64,000 nt of DNA from Octopus bimaculoides (GCF_001194135.2 NC_068983.1:74684805-74748804), one strand, 5' to 3'; positions 1-12,233 are shown, numbered from the stretch's first letter. Notes: generated by a model not told the origin, from the letters alone. Numbers and translations: made by a program.

Positions 1-225
1 ATCTCAACCAACAATAAGTACCAAATGAATTAATATGAAATACTTATTATATAAAGATAGAAAAATTATTTAAAAAATATCATAATATCAAAATAATAAC
101 CATTCAACAATCATCCCTTCATCCATAATAATAACATGTATATTATATACAAAAAACATCTTACCTAAATTATCATTGTTTTAAATTATCATTGTTTTAA
201 ATACAAGTTGAACGAAGTTTAAGTT

Positions 226-268
<43 letters not shown>

Positions 269-350
269 GTGTGTGTGTATGTGTATACAATATATATAAT
301 TTTTGTATCTTGGGTCTTGGGAAGGTCATAATACCAATAATAAATACAGT

Positions 351-497
351 TGCTGGCAGAAACGTTAGCACGCCGGGCGAAATGTTTAGCTGTATTTCGT
401 CTGTTTTTACGTTCTGAGTCCAACTCCACCGAGGTCGACATTGCCTTTCATCCTTTCGGGGTCGATAAATTAAGTACCAGTTACGTACTGGGGTCTA
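351..497 (+). mobile_element. tRNA-type SINE family A, partial copy
   Basis: gctggcagaaacgttagcacgccgggcgaaatg...ttctgagtccaactcc...ggggtcgataaattaagtaccag; the same sequence recurs more than 10 times in the window. Confidence 0.8.
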
Positions 498-974
498 TCT
501 AGCTATAGCGATATCCATCATCTTCTTTTGCAGTGGGCACGCACAATCGCTTCAAAGTCGGAAAAAATCCCCGGCATTTTGAAAAGTTTTTTTTTTTATG
601 TTCTGAGTTCAAATCTAACGGAAATAAAATTTGCCTTCTGGCCTTTATTGTTTGATGAAATAAATTATAATCCAAAGACGGGTCGAGATAAACCTCTCTC
701 TACGATTTGAACCGATATAACTATATCAGAAGCTAGTAGTAAAAGAAGGTATTTTAAGTGTTTACGTATTTAATTTAGCTTATATAGTTCTTTGTTAAAA
801 ATCATCTCAGGTGAACTTTTCTATTTATGTTTCCGGAATCGATGAAATAAAATACCAGATAAGTACCGGAATCCTTTTAATAAGCGAATAAAGCATCCCA
901 GATGTGAATTAAATATTAAACGATCTAAGAAGAAGTTTTAACCTGTTTGTTGATCAATAGTGTGCTCTGAAAAT

Positions 975-976
<2 letters not shown>

Positions 977-1066
<90 letters not shown>

Positions 1067-1075
1067 TAACAATAA
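977..1075. repeat. (AAT)n microsatellite, decaying into GAT/AAC variants to about 1150
   Basis: Direct reading. Confidence 0.95.
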
Positions 1076-1551
1076 TGATGAAGATGATGATAATGATCAT
1101 AAAAATAATAGCAGTAACAACAACTACAACATCCATAATAATAATAGCAGCAATAGAAGATCGCATGGATTTTATATTGATTATAAAGTGTTTGCAATAT
1201 TTGAAATCAAGCTACGGCCGTACATATTCTGAAAAAGAAAATATTTAACATTTATGTTTAATCGCCATATTTTTCTTGTTTCAGATACCGGCAATAAGTG
1301 GATATCATTATCATTCTTAATGCCGTTAATAACATTCGAAATATAAAATTTCTTCTAACAACACTGATATAACTTCGTAATTTGGTAAGTAAAAACATTT
1401 ATCTAAAATTTTATATTTTCATTCTTACAGCTCTCTTTCTCTCATACTCACTTACTCACTTGCTATCTATCTATCTAACTAACTAACTATTTCTCTATCT
1501 ATCAGTGCATCTATCTTTCCTTCTATCGATTTTTTCTAATTCTATCTTTGT

Positions 1552-1705
1552 GTGCCTGTGTGGTAAGAAGCTTACTTCCTAACCACGTGAACCAGTGTTC
1601 TGTCCCGCTGCGTGACACCTTAGCTAAGTACCTTCTTCTAAAGTTTCAGCCTGACGAAAGTTTTTTGAATGGATTTGGTACACAGAACCAGAAAGAAACC
1701 TATTA
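1552..1705 (+). mobile_element. tRNA-type SINE family B, degraded 5' half
   Basis: ctgtgtggtaagaagcttacttcctaaccac...gacaccttagctaagtaccttct...ggatttggtacacagaaccagaaagaaacc aligns with the better copy at 31494-31914. Confidence 0.65.
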
Positions 1706-2142
1706 AATTTACATATATATATATATATAACTTTTATAAGTAATATTCTAAAAGAATATATAATTGAACTTATGTTGAATGCTCAATTATTTTGAGCAAA
1801 TAAATATGTATATATGTGTTTTTATATTATTAATAAATTCATAAACTCATCAATAATATACTCAGGAAATCAATATTTAATGTTTTGAAAGACATACATC
1901 CAACATGACACGGCAACATAATAAATTTAAAATTTAAAATATAAATATACGAAATATAAATATCAATACATATAAAAATCTGAATATAGATAAATATATG
2001 TGTGAATATATATGCGTATAAAAATTTATGCGTAATTAAGCATGAATATTGTAAAGTCTAAAATATAAAATATAAAGTAACCTAAAATTTAAAGAGTTAA
2101 ATATATTATTGATGAGTTTATTAATTTATTAATAATATAAAA

Positions 2143-2197
<55 letters not shown>

Positions 2198-2241
2198 NNN
2201 NNNNNNNNNNNNNNNNNNNNNNNNNNNNNNNNNNNNNNNNN

Positions 2242-2332
<91 letters not shown>

Positions 2333-2380
2333 GTGTGTGTATCCATGCATGTATGTATGCATGTATATATATATATAAAG

Positions 2381-2445
2381 TGATGGCATGTTGTTAACTT
2401 AACGTGACAGTCCCATGAAAGGGAAGAAAGCTACTGCTATTTAGC
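2381..2445. mobile_element. Remnant of the fold-back MITE family seen at 3043-3399
   Basis: gatggcatgttgttaacttaacgtgacagtcccatgaaagggaagaaagctactg matches the centre of that palindrome in reverse complement. Confidence 0.7.
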
Positions 2446-2542
2446 CACTGGAAGCACCGTTTCCAGCTGGCCATAACACATTTTTTGTGTCCTTATTTTT
2501 TCAAAGGGGAGATATATACCTCCACCCAGCAAAGCCAGCATC

Positions 2543-2581
2543 CAGAGACTATTTTCAGAGTCATTGCTCATCATCAGTCTG
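2543..2581 (-). ncRNA. Decayed minimal (Penelope-type) hammerhead ribozyme motif
   Basis: Minus strand reads CAGA CTGATGA T-GAG-caatga-CTC-T GAAA ATAG TC TCTG: stem I CAGA/TCTG, core CTGATGA/GAAA, stem II GAG/CTC, UC cleavage dinucleotide. Confidence 0.55.
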
Positions 2582-2806
2582 TAGTAGTATGGCTTGCTAG
2601 CTGATTTCTTTTATTAAGCACAAAGGCTCTTATAAAGGTAGGACGATACTAAAACAGACAAAACAATACAGTGGGGTGCACAAAACATAGCGGATGAAAT
2701 TATGGATAAAATGATATGAAATGTCTAACCTGCACTCCACAAGCAGGCAGTGTCATTTTACTGTTTATGTATATCATTTAACTTTCAGTTCAATATTCAT
2801 TTTGGA

Positions 2807-3030
2807 TCATTTTTATATTTTACCCTTCCTTCTCTACTATACCATAATATTTGTTTATCAGCTCCTCATTCCACTGTGTCATCTCCGGCTTCACCACACG
2901 TGGGTCTAGAGGACCTCGACCTCCAGTAGCCTCCGCATATCTTCTCATTTTACTCAGTTATTCACCACCACCCAACAATGGCGGCTTCGCACAAACAAAA
3001 TGGCTAGAATTCTTCAAAAAACAACGAAAA
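2807..3030 (-). mobile_element. 5' end of a LINE ORF1-like element, inverted diverged copy of 3425-3536
   Basis: Reverse complement tctagacccacgtgtggtgaagccggag...gaagggtaaaatataaaaatga matches tctagacccacgtgtgctgaagccggag...gaagggtcaaacataaaaatga. Confidence 0.65.
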
Positions 3031-3042
3031 GGTGTGGCTAGG

Positions 3043-3399
3043 TAGCTGTCGATGCCTATTCGCTTTTGAAAACATATATATTTCAAGTAAAATACATTAA
3101 CTGATTTCTAAAATAGAAATAATACATTTCTAAATCTCTCTGAGAGATTTATACACTAGCAGCACGATAAAGAGATGGCATATTGTCAACTTAATGTTTT
3201 CAATTTAATGTGACAGTAGCATTCTTCTCTTTCATGGGACTGTCACATTAAGTTGACAACAAGCCATCTCTTTACCGTGCTGCTACTGTATAAATCTCTC
3301 AGAGAGATTTAGAAATGTAATATTTCTATTTTCGAAATTAGTGAATGTATTTCACTTGAAATATATATGTTTCCAAAGGTGTATAGGCATCGACAGCTA
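3043..3399. mobile_element. Fold-back palindromic MITE (357 bp) with TA at both ends
   Basis: tagctgtcgatgcctat...ataggcatcgacagcta; arms of about 165 bp at roughly 90% identity by eye; 21-nt loop. Confidence 0.85.
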
Positions 3400-3415
3400 G
3401 TAAGCCATTTTTTTT

Positions 3416-3940
3416 TTGTTTTTTGGGAGGAGTCTAGACCCACGTGTGCTGAAGCCGGAGAAGATGGAGTGGAATAAAGAGAAGATAACTAAATATTGTG
3501 AGAATGTAAAAAAAGAAGGGTCAAACATAAAAATGACCCTGCCAGAGGAGGAAAAAAGCAAAATGGAAAGCAAAATGGTAACATTCAGAACATTTTTGAA
3601 TGAAAATGGGAGAATGGGTTCTAACACGCGCCGCAGGAAGAGATAGAGGAAATGTTGGTGTTGAACATGGGAGAAATGATAACGTTTTTTACAAGAGGAA
3701 GAAGGTACGGAACTATAGTAGTAACCTTTCTTTCAGAAGAGGAAGCGAAAAAATCAGGCAACATGATGTTGACGGGAGTAAAATGGACGGTGATGCCGAA
3801 CTGTTGGGCCAAAAGAATCGCCAGGGCCAGGGTGGGAAGAATTCCACCGTCGATAGACCCAAAATGGGTAATAACCGCAACATTTAATTCAGAGCTGAGA
3901 AAGAATGGAAAAGACCTGAGGATTGGCATAGTAAGTAGAA
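3416..3940 (+). pseudogene. Frameshifted LINE ORF1p-like sequence (L1/Tx1-like, RRM-type region)
   Basis: Adjacent ORFs 3416-3646 and 3652-3996 (..TRGRRYGTIVVTFLSEEEAKK..RVGRIPPSIDPKWV..) resemble LINE ORF1 proteins; clade uncertain. Confidence 0.45.
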
Positions 3941-3944
3941 TACA

Positions 3945-4532
3945 ACAATTGAATCAAACATCCAGTCAACATCATAGTGTTTGGAGTGATCACTAGTGAT
4001 GGCGACGTTATACCTCCAGTCATCTTCCCACACGGCCTCAGCCTCAACACGGAGGACTACATCAAGTGCCTGCAGGAGGTACTGCTGCTCTGGGTCAAGA
4101 GGGTGGCTGCTGGAATACTATGTCTGACAAGATTCTTCACCCTGCCACACAAGCAGGAGAACCCAGTCATGACTGTCAGACAATTTCTACGACCACATCA
4201 CCACTAATATTTGGCCACCTAACTCCTTAGACTGCAACTACCTTGATTATTAATTATGTGGGCGCAGTTGAGCGAGAAACCAGCAAAACCAAATATGCAC
4301 TAAAAGCAAGGATTACGGCAACATTCATCAACTTAAAAAGCAGACGGTCCAGAAGAGTTACAGGAGATTCTGAAGTTGTCTAGAGGCTGTGGCTGAAGCC
4401 AATAGCAATTTTATTAAATAAATTTACTCTTTAATATTTCAAGATAATGTTAAATATATCTGTTAAAATGAGATGTCAGTGTTATATTCATTTTTTGCGA
4501 AATTTAGATGACAGCATATTCACCGCACCCTG
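3945..4532 (+). mobile_element. Tc1/mariner maT (DD37D-like) transposon, 3' fragment
   Basis: KHPVNIIVFGVITSDGDVIPPVIFPHGL.LNTEDYIKCL, then a frameshifted WPPNSLDCNYLDY; ends in TIR-like caccgcaccctg|ta. Confidence 0.85.
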
Positions 4533-6789
4533 TATGTATGTATATGTCTGTGTGTGTATTCATATATATGTTTGTATGTATACATGCATAAATGTATATT
4601 CTGCCTTTGTGTGTGTGTAATCTCTTTGTGTAGGTTGTAATTAACATGAGAATAAATTGTCAATAACATGGTAATAATAATTTACTTCTGAACCAGTCGG
4701 CTGTTAATCTGGGGTTTCCCGGGCGACCGGTTCAACAGACCTGACTGAATGAAGGATAAAACATTAATGTTAATTACTATAGTTAGATAACTTGGCCTTA
4801 AGATTGCAGTAAATACCGGCCTAAAAATAGCGACGTTTTTAGACATAATTTAGATAGTCAAGCAAGCCCATATAATTCACCGAATGCAGAAGCCATTTAT
4901 ATTAATAATTGTTCTAATGGCCTAACTTCATAAAATATATACTGGAGAATAGATAGGTGAATCTCCAATTTATCTTCAAACAAGTACATATCTGACAAAA
5001 GATCTCTCTACTGTAATACAGTAGTGAAGAAAATCAATTAATTTCCTTCAGCTGCAGTAGTCTTATTCAGCATTATTCTGAAGGATAGAAAGGAAGAAGA
5101 ACAGCTCATTATAGGGAAACGCACCTTGATAAATTTCTCCAAGAAACATTAAAAAAATCACCGACATAAGGATACACACACACACATACTAGTATACTAC
5201 ACTCATCACGTGATTGACAGAGTCATCTTTTATTCTAGAGTATACATAATACTGCCTCTACTGCTTTGTTGATATTACATTTCACATAATTAGTCTTTAG
5301 GGTTAGCTCTTGCACTGCTCATATTCGGACTTCACTCTCAACTTTAATGCCCCGATCTAACTTGGTTATGCATTAATTTTTTATCTATGTAGATTATACT
5401 TTTTCCTTCTTATAATCATAATTCGTTTCAATGCAACTTTCACTTTGCAAAACGCAATGTTAGTTTGCCTGCATCAGCCAAAATCATGTATTGTATTTTA
5501 TGTCAAGTCTGTTAATGCCGTTTATGCAGCTTGGTCACCTCTATATATAGGAAGAAAATTCTATTGACATCCCTTAAATTCAATGCATCAGTCATCGGCA
5601 TTACCATTCATATTTTGATACATATTCTCTAAATGCTTTATTCTCTACATTTAATAATCTCAACTCATCGTTATTGCGTATACTGAGTCAGTCTTGTTTC
5701 TTCTAAATTCTATTCATTTACTTTATAAAGCGAACTTCAACCTCATAAAATCTTCATATAAACTTTTCATTTAGTTTTCCCTTGGTATTATATGTTTGAC
5801 ATATGCCAAAATATTTCAATGTCGTTCTTCATCAATCCCTCTGGTAACGTTATTTTATCAGAAAACAAGCTTTCTTCTTCGTAAAATCAGCACTAAACTG
5901 TTCTTAATTGCGAAAACAATACCCCATTTTTTTATGGAACAAACGAAGTGTTTACTAGCGCATCAATTTTATCTATGTTTTTTTCCACATATCTTAAAAC
6001 AGTTCATGAATAGTATAATACATATGTTTTTTTGTCTTTTAGTCAGTCAGAAAGACCCTTTACAGGACCTCTGAGACTGATGAAGTAGGGAGAGTGTATC
6101 CTTCAGTCAGAAATCTGGCCCCAGTGCTTGCAGCAGTTGACTCCGCTAAAGGCTCCCACGCTGCCGGGTGATGGTGTTGAACTCGGGGTTGGGTCACGTC
6201 TACAACCCCACAGACCATGGCGGGATTTGAACTCAGAGCTGGGTTAAATACTATTAGGTTCTTAAAATTTTATGGATCCGAATGTATGAAATACAAAGTT
6301 GACTTTGTCCGCATTTGGACCTTCCTAAGTCACACCTAATACTCGTTAGAGGTAGCATGAACACAGCAAACAACAGTCGTGGTAAACGTAGATTCCGCTC
6401 TTTATTACAATCTCTTCCAGTAACTCTTCTTATGAGGTATGTTCATACTTCTAGTATTTATGTTTCATTCATTAAAGTCAGCGACATTGTTTTCTATCCT
6501 GAAGCAATTCATGTATTCTCTTACCAATGAGTGAGGAAGTGAATCATACGCTTTATTGTAATCGTATATTTCCACTTACAATCGTTCAATATCATCTTGT
6601 CTATTTAAAATCTGTTCAGTAGTTTCTCTGCTGTTTCTACCATTACTACTATTTTCTACAACTGTTTGAAGAAATCAGTACATGCTACTACAATAATTCG
6701 GCTCAAAGGTTCCCACATCGTAGGAAAGCATCATATTAGGCAAAAGTTATCAGTATTATCATCATCATCATCATCATCATCATCATTGT

Positions 6790-6988
6790 GGGGTGACTAG
6801 CTGGTAGAATCGTTAACACGCCTGACAAATTGTTTAGTTGCATTACATTCCGAGTTCAATTTTTTCGGAAATCAACTTTGCCTTTCACTCGTTTGGGGTT
6901 GATAAAATAAGTATCAGCTGAGCACTGGGTTCGGTCTGGTCGACTTACTCATCTCCCAAAATTGCTGGACTTGTGCCAAAGTTTGAAA

Positions 6989-6990
<2 letters not shown>
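6790..6990 (+). mobile_element. SINE family A, near full length
   Basis: agctggtagaatcgttaacacgcc...ccgagttcaattt...gataaaataagtatcag...aaattgctggacttgtgccaaagtttgaaaca followed by a (TTA)n tail. Confidence 0.85.
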
Positions 6991-7051
<61 letters not shown>

Positions 7052-7074
7052 CATTACCATCATCATCGTCATCG

Positions 7075-7129
<55 letters not shown>

Positions 7130-7160
7130 TATTATTACTATTATTATTATTATTATTATC
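6991..7160. repeat. Compound (TTA)n-(TCA)n-(TTA)n microsatellite
   Basis: Direct reading. Confidence 0.95.
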
Positions 7161-7167
7161 ATTGAAT

Positions 7168-7612
7168 AGAGAGTAGCGCATGCCTTAAAAATAAAGCAGG
7201 GGTACAAATATACCAAGTTCAGTATACCCACCATGACTAACCGTCTGATAAGGGTACACCATGCACATGCATCACAAACACAAATGTGCGACACGGTGAC
7301 CCCATATCAAATTAATTGGTGCATCACCTTACAAGTGAGGCCAAGTTAAATTGTTTTCTGATCTAGCAGCCCATCTTGCTCAAAAGGTTCCTGTATAAAG
7401 GTTGTATGAGGATGATGAGCGAAACACCACTGTTTCCAATGGTAAATTATTCAAACCCTAAAGAATTTCTATCGACACCTGGTTATAATGCACCTGCAAT
7501 AGTCCTTTTTTTTGTGATCGGAGATGCACATATCATCAGCTACTAAGAGATATGCTCAAATGGTTAAAGTCAAACATCTGACAAGAAATCTGTGCTGTTG
7601 AATTTGCTCTTG
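7168..7612 (-). mobile_element. Unclassified ~430-bp interspersed repeat, copy 1
   Basis: Colinear similarity to 9061-9484 (e.g. agtatacccaccatgactaaccgtctgataagggtacac); strand inferred from a (TAA)n tract at its lower end. Confidence 0.7.
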
Positions 7613-7714
7613 CCCAACTTGGTGTAACACCAAGACAAATAATATACATGTTAAAACTTCCAATGAATTAAGATAAAAACATGAGAACCCCTGTTTGGTT
7701 CTGCATCAGGATAA

Positions 7715-7785
<71 letters not shown>

Positions 7786-7790
7786 CATTA

Positions 7791-8525
7791 TCTTCTTTCA
7801 ATTCTGTTTCCATTTCTTGCCGAGTGTTTTCCTGACAGCTAGAGCAGACAAACTCCCTGTATACACTGGTAGACCATTAAAATAAACACACCAGTTTGTT
7901 CATCTACGAAGTCATATGATAGAGAAAAATGAGAAGAAAGACATAGAGGAAAAGGAATAATGAAAAAATACAAAATACAAAATAAATAAGTAAACAAAGA
8001 AAGTAAAGAGGCGAAAAGAAAAGAGAATTCACGGCGACAATGCTCTTCTCAGTACGTGTGACGTACTAGTTAAGACAATCTTTTGCACTTCTTGCATGGA
8101 TGGTAAGCCAGGGATCATTCTTAAATAATTTTAGTTCCTTTTTGATCATTCCAAGTACTCCTACAATCAGTGGTAGTTTAACCGTCTTGAGATGCCACAA
8201 CTTTTCGATTTCGATTAACAAGTCTTTACATTTTCTGAGCTTGTCAGATTCTTTTGCCGAGATGTTATGGTCACAGGGTATGCTCATGTCAATCAACAAA
8301 CAAACGTTATTGTTTTGGCCTTTCACAACAATATCTGGCGTATTTGCTTTGATGGCTCGCTCTGTACACACTGGGAAGTCCCAAAGAATCGTTACATTTT
8401 ATTTTGCCGGGTATGATGTAATGTGTGAGCTGTCCACAGCCAGCAGACTAAGGTGACATTTGTTTACTGGTCATGCTTCAAGAATCCTGTGAAAATTTCT
8501 TGTAATTCCAAACAATGCAGATTTT
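7791..8525 (-). mobile_element. R4/Dong-like non-LTR retrotransposon 3' end (RLE domain plus 3' UTR), 5'-truncated
   Basis: ORF 8066-8371: TPDIVV..CLLIDMSIPCDHNISAKESDKL.K.KDL..EI.KLW.LKT..LPLIVG.LG is a PD-(D/E)xK RLE; flanked by (TAA)n on both sides. Confidence 0.85.
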
Positions 8526-8538
8526 TGTAGGTGTTGAT

Positions 8539-8616
<78 letters not shown>

Positions 8617-8779
8617 GTTATTATTATTATTATTATATTTTAAAAGGATTGACCTAACTCTTCACAAAAGTAAGCAGACAAGGCGAAGAGTGCGATGCGA
8701 TTGCAATAGATATTTTATTAGTTGAACGCTCTTCGTCTGATCTGTCATCATCACCATCATCATCATCAGCAGCAGCAGC

Positions 8780-8844
<65 letters not shown>

Positions 8845-8847
8845 GTA

Positions 8848-9046
8848 AGGTGGCGGAGTGGCAGAATCGTTAGCTCGCTGGACGAAATGCCAAATGGAAT
8901 TTCGCATTTCACTACGTTCTGAGTTCAAATTCCGTCGAGGTCGATTTTGTATTTTATCCTTTCAGGGTCGATAAACTAAGTACCAGTGAAAGTATGGGGT
9001 CGATGTAATCGGCTAATCCCAAATTTCAGGCCTTTTATAGAAAGAA
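8848..9046 (+). mobile_element. SINE family A
   Basis: ggcggagtggcagaatcgttagc...gttctgagttcaaattccgtcgaggtcga...ggggtcgatgtaatcg. Confidence 0.85.
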
Positions 9047-9060
9047 TTATTATTATTATG

Positions 9061-9484
9061 TGAGGGAGTGAGTAGTGCATGCCATAAAAGTGAAACTGGG
9101 GTAAAATATACGAAGCCCAGTATACCCATCATGACTACCCATCTGATAAGGGTACACGAGACATATGCATCACAATATGTGCACGACATGGTGACCTCAT
9201 ATCAAGATAAACAGCGCATGACCTTGCAAGTTGAGCCCAGTTGAAATTTTCTTCAGGTCGAGTAGCCATCGCCACTTAAAAGGTCCCTTAATAAGAGTTG
9301 CTTAAGGATGTTGAACGAAATACCCATGTTTCCAGTGGTGAATTATTCAAACTCACACCCGCAAAATATTCCTCTCAACTATGATGCTCCCCAACTACTA
9401 CTGCTCGGGATCATCCACCAAGGCGCATGCTCAACTGGCTAAGGTCAAACAACTGACAAGCAAATCTGTGGTATTGAGTAGAAT
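9061..9484 (-). mobile_element. Unclassified ~430-bp interspersed repeat, copy 2
   Basis: Direct-repeat similarity to 7168-7612. Confidence 0.7.
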
Positions 9485-9528
9485 ATTTGCTATAGCCCAT
9501 ATGTTATACCAAGTCAAAGCGTGTACAT

Positions 9529-9578
9529 TTCTTCTTCTTCTTCTTCTTCTTCTTCTTCTTCTTCTTCTTCTTCTTCTT

Positions 9579-9675
<97 letters not shown>
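9529..9675. repeat. (CTT)n followed by (TTA)n compound microsatellite
   Basis: Direct reading. Confidence 0.95.
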
Positions 9676-9676
<1 letters not shown>

Positions 9677-9682
9677 ATTGTA

Positions 9683-9885
9683 AAGGGGAGCTGGGAGTCT
9701 CGTGCACGCGCTGGACAAAATATTTAGCGGTGTTTCTTCTGGCTATACTTTCTGAGTTCAAATACCAACGGGGTTAGTTTTACTTTCCATCTCTTCGGGA
9801 TTGGTAAAATAAAGAACCCGGAATTGATGCTATCGATCAGCCTCCTCCCACTAAAATTCCAGGCCTTGTTTTGTATAACATAATG
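9683..9885 (+). mobile_element. SINE family A, diverged
   Basis: aaaatatttagcggtgtttc...ttctgagttcaaatacc...aaaattccaggccttg. Confidence 0.75.
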
Positions 9886-10042
9886 GATTATTATCATTGT
9901 TGTTGTTAAAAAAAAGAAGTTCACATAAAATCTTTGTTTCTTTTCCATTTTAAGTAGTTTAAAATTATGGCATTCATTTTCTGAAGGTGGCCAGGCAACT
10001 GCTGAGATAGTCCTTCTCACTTTATGAGCGCAGAGCAGGCTT

Positions 10043-10194
10043 TTATGTCCATTCAAAAAATGAAGTCTCGTAATATTTTGCTGAAATTTCCAAAATGTTT
10101 TCAGTGGAATTAGAGAAGAGAATAGTGGGTATAGAAGAAAATCTATCTCTAATTCCGTCGTTAAAGAAATATGGTAGCAAATCAAATGATCCAC
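10043..10194 (-). other. Candidate coding exon of unknown product
   Basis: Acceptor ttcattactcgcag|GTGG; phase-shifted frame GSFDLLPYFFNDGIRDRFSSIPTILFSNSTENILEISAKYYETSFFEWT*; no homology recognised. Confidence 0.2.
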
Positions 10195-10910
10195 CTGCGA
10201 GTAATGAATATTATACTATAAAGTGGAAAGAAATACTTCACTGACTTATAACGTATGACCGTCACTAACAATAACAACTACAACAGTAAAAAAATACAGG
10301 TAAAATTAGCGACAGTAACACACCACCCCAACTACAACAAATGTAACTAAGGAAACAACATGAAAATTAGCGATTGTCGTCATATTCAACAAATGGAGCA
10401 AGACAACAGTAACAACAGCGAAAACAGTGCATCAAGAGAGCGTAACATGAGTGAGAACAATACTTTCAACAGTAGTAACAATATCAACAACTAGAGCAAG
10501 AAAGCAAGAACAACTCATCCATTACCACGGATACAAAAAATACACGCCGTTTGTCAGCGTATTGGAGATATGTACGAAGGACACATGCACGAAGCAATAT
10601 GCGGTGTGAGAAAGCAAAGGAAGTATCGGATGGCAGTTGAAGAAGAAATTTTTAAAAAGTGATACATGCATGCCAATAATTATCCATTCATACTCTTGTA
10701 TTTAGGGAAATTACTATGTCAGGTGACACTAAGCAATATATCACCTGAAATAAGCATGAATTACTTTAGAATAATGTTCGAGGAGTATGAGGAGATCATT
10801 AATACGAAAAAAACGTCTCACAGGCCTGTCTGATCAAACACTAACGGTGCAGATGTTGTTCACATCAGGAAATAGACAAGAGAATCCAGAAGTCATTCAC
10901 TTGGCCAATG

Positions 10911-10993
<83 letters not shown>

Positions 10994-11596
10994 TTTTATG
11001 ATATTTATGTATGGATTAAATGAGTGTAATTGTACTTCATCTGTTAATTAAATAAATAAATGAATAATGAAATTCAACAAGGAATCGAAATCAAATCAAT
11101 CACTTGCATCAGTGAATCCTCACGTTTACTCTATGACGGTGGTGGCAGTGGAGTGTTTGTCATTTCTACCTCGATATCAGAAATAATTTTCCAATATCCA
11201 TGTGCGATGTCGAGTTTTTGCAAGTTTTTCCTCTTTCATATATTAACATATTTAACGTAATTAAAACGCAATTTCTCCTTGAGACCGATAATAAATGAAG
11301 GCATTGCTTCAGATTTCCTTGGTTATATCAGCCAAACGACTGTCTGCAGTGACGTCAATAGCTTTATGAAAGCAAGAAAGCTGGACAAAAGATCGATCGA
11401 TTCGGTTAGTAACATAATAGTAAAACCTCACATTGCTAGAACTATTTATACTTGACATGACAAGGATTATTTTTAAGCACTTCGGAAAGGTTCTTAGTAC
11501 CATTTTCCAGTACTAAACATTGCTTTCCTAAATGTTTTTCTATTATTAGCATATTGTTTTAGTGGAGCATTTCTTTGTTATTTCGAAGGAGTTTGC

Positions 11597-11630
<34 letters not shown>

Positions 11631-12043
11631 TGTATATGTGTATGAATGAATGTACGTATATAGGCATGCATGAATGTTTGTCTGTGTATATATGCATACA
11701 TTCACGTATGCCTGTAGACAGACGAATGTTACGCTCATTTATATAAAATATGTCATGTTTAAAAATAGTTCTTGCTAATGAATGTACACAGGAATACGTC
11801 AGCATTTTCAGTATTCAGGCATGTGTATATTAAGTCTATCATTACTTAGGAAATCTGCTTATCTATCAAAATGTTCTCTGCCACATCCTTGTATCATTCC
11901 GCTGAATGCTACTAAGTCATATGCGTGCATCAGTGACATATACATGCGCACATACACATACACATAAACACATGCATAGATATATGTGTGTGTGTGTATG
12001 TATGTGTATGTATATATAAATATATATGTGTGTGTGTGTATAC

Positions 12044-12122
<79 letters not shown>

Positions 12123-12233
12123 AATTCAATAATAGGATGAATTCTTTTACAAGAATTTATCAAGTAGCTAGCGTGAAAAAAACCTCATAAGGGAAAATCC
12201 ATCATTTATTCCCAAAATATATTTAATTATATT

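Noticed and set aside
954-1232. Poly-N/I/Y ORFs (likewise at 6.9-7.2, 8.5-8.9, 9.4-9.8, 16.0, 22-23 and 60-63 kb)
   Set aside because: Translations of tri- and dinucleotide microsatellites, open in several frames and on both strands
6075-6115. CTGATGA...GAAA, a possible hammerhead
   Set aside because: The core itself pairs with downstream cttcagtc; no stem II of suitable geometry and no stem I or III
7515-7545. Minus-strand CTGATGA in the 430-bp repeat
   Set aside because: No GAAA follows and the second copy lacks it
11060-11510. Short protein-like frames on both strands
   Set aside because: No recognisable motif, no consistent splice sites, stops within 60 codons
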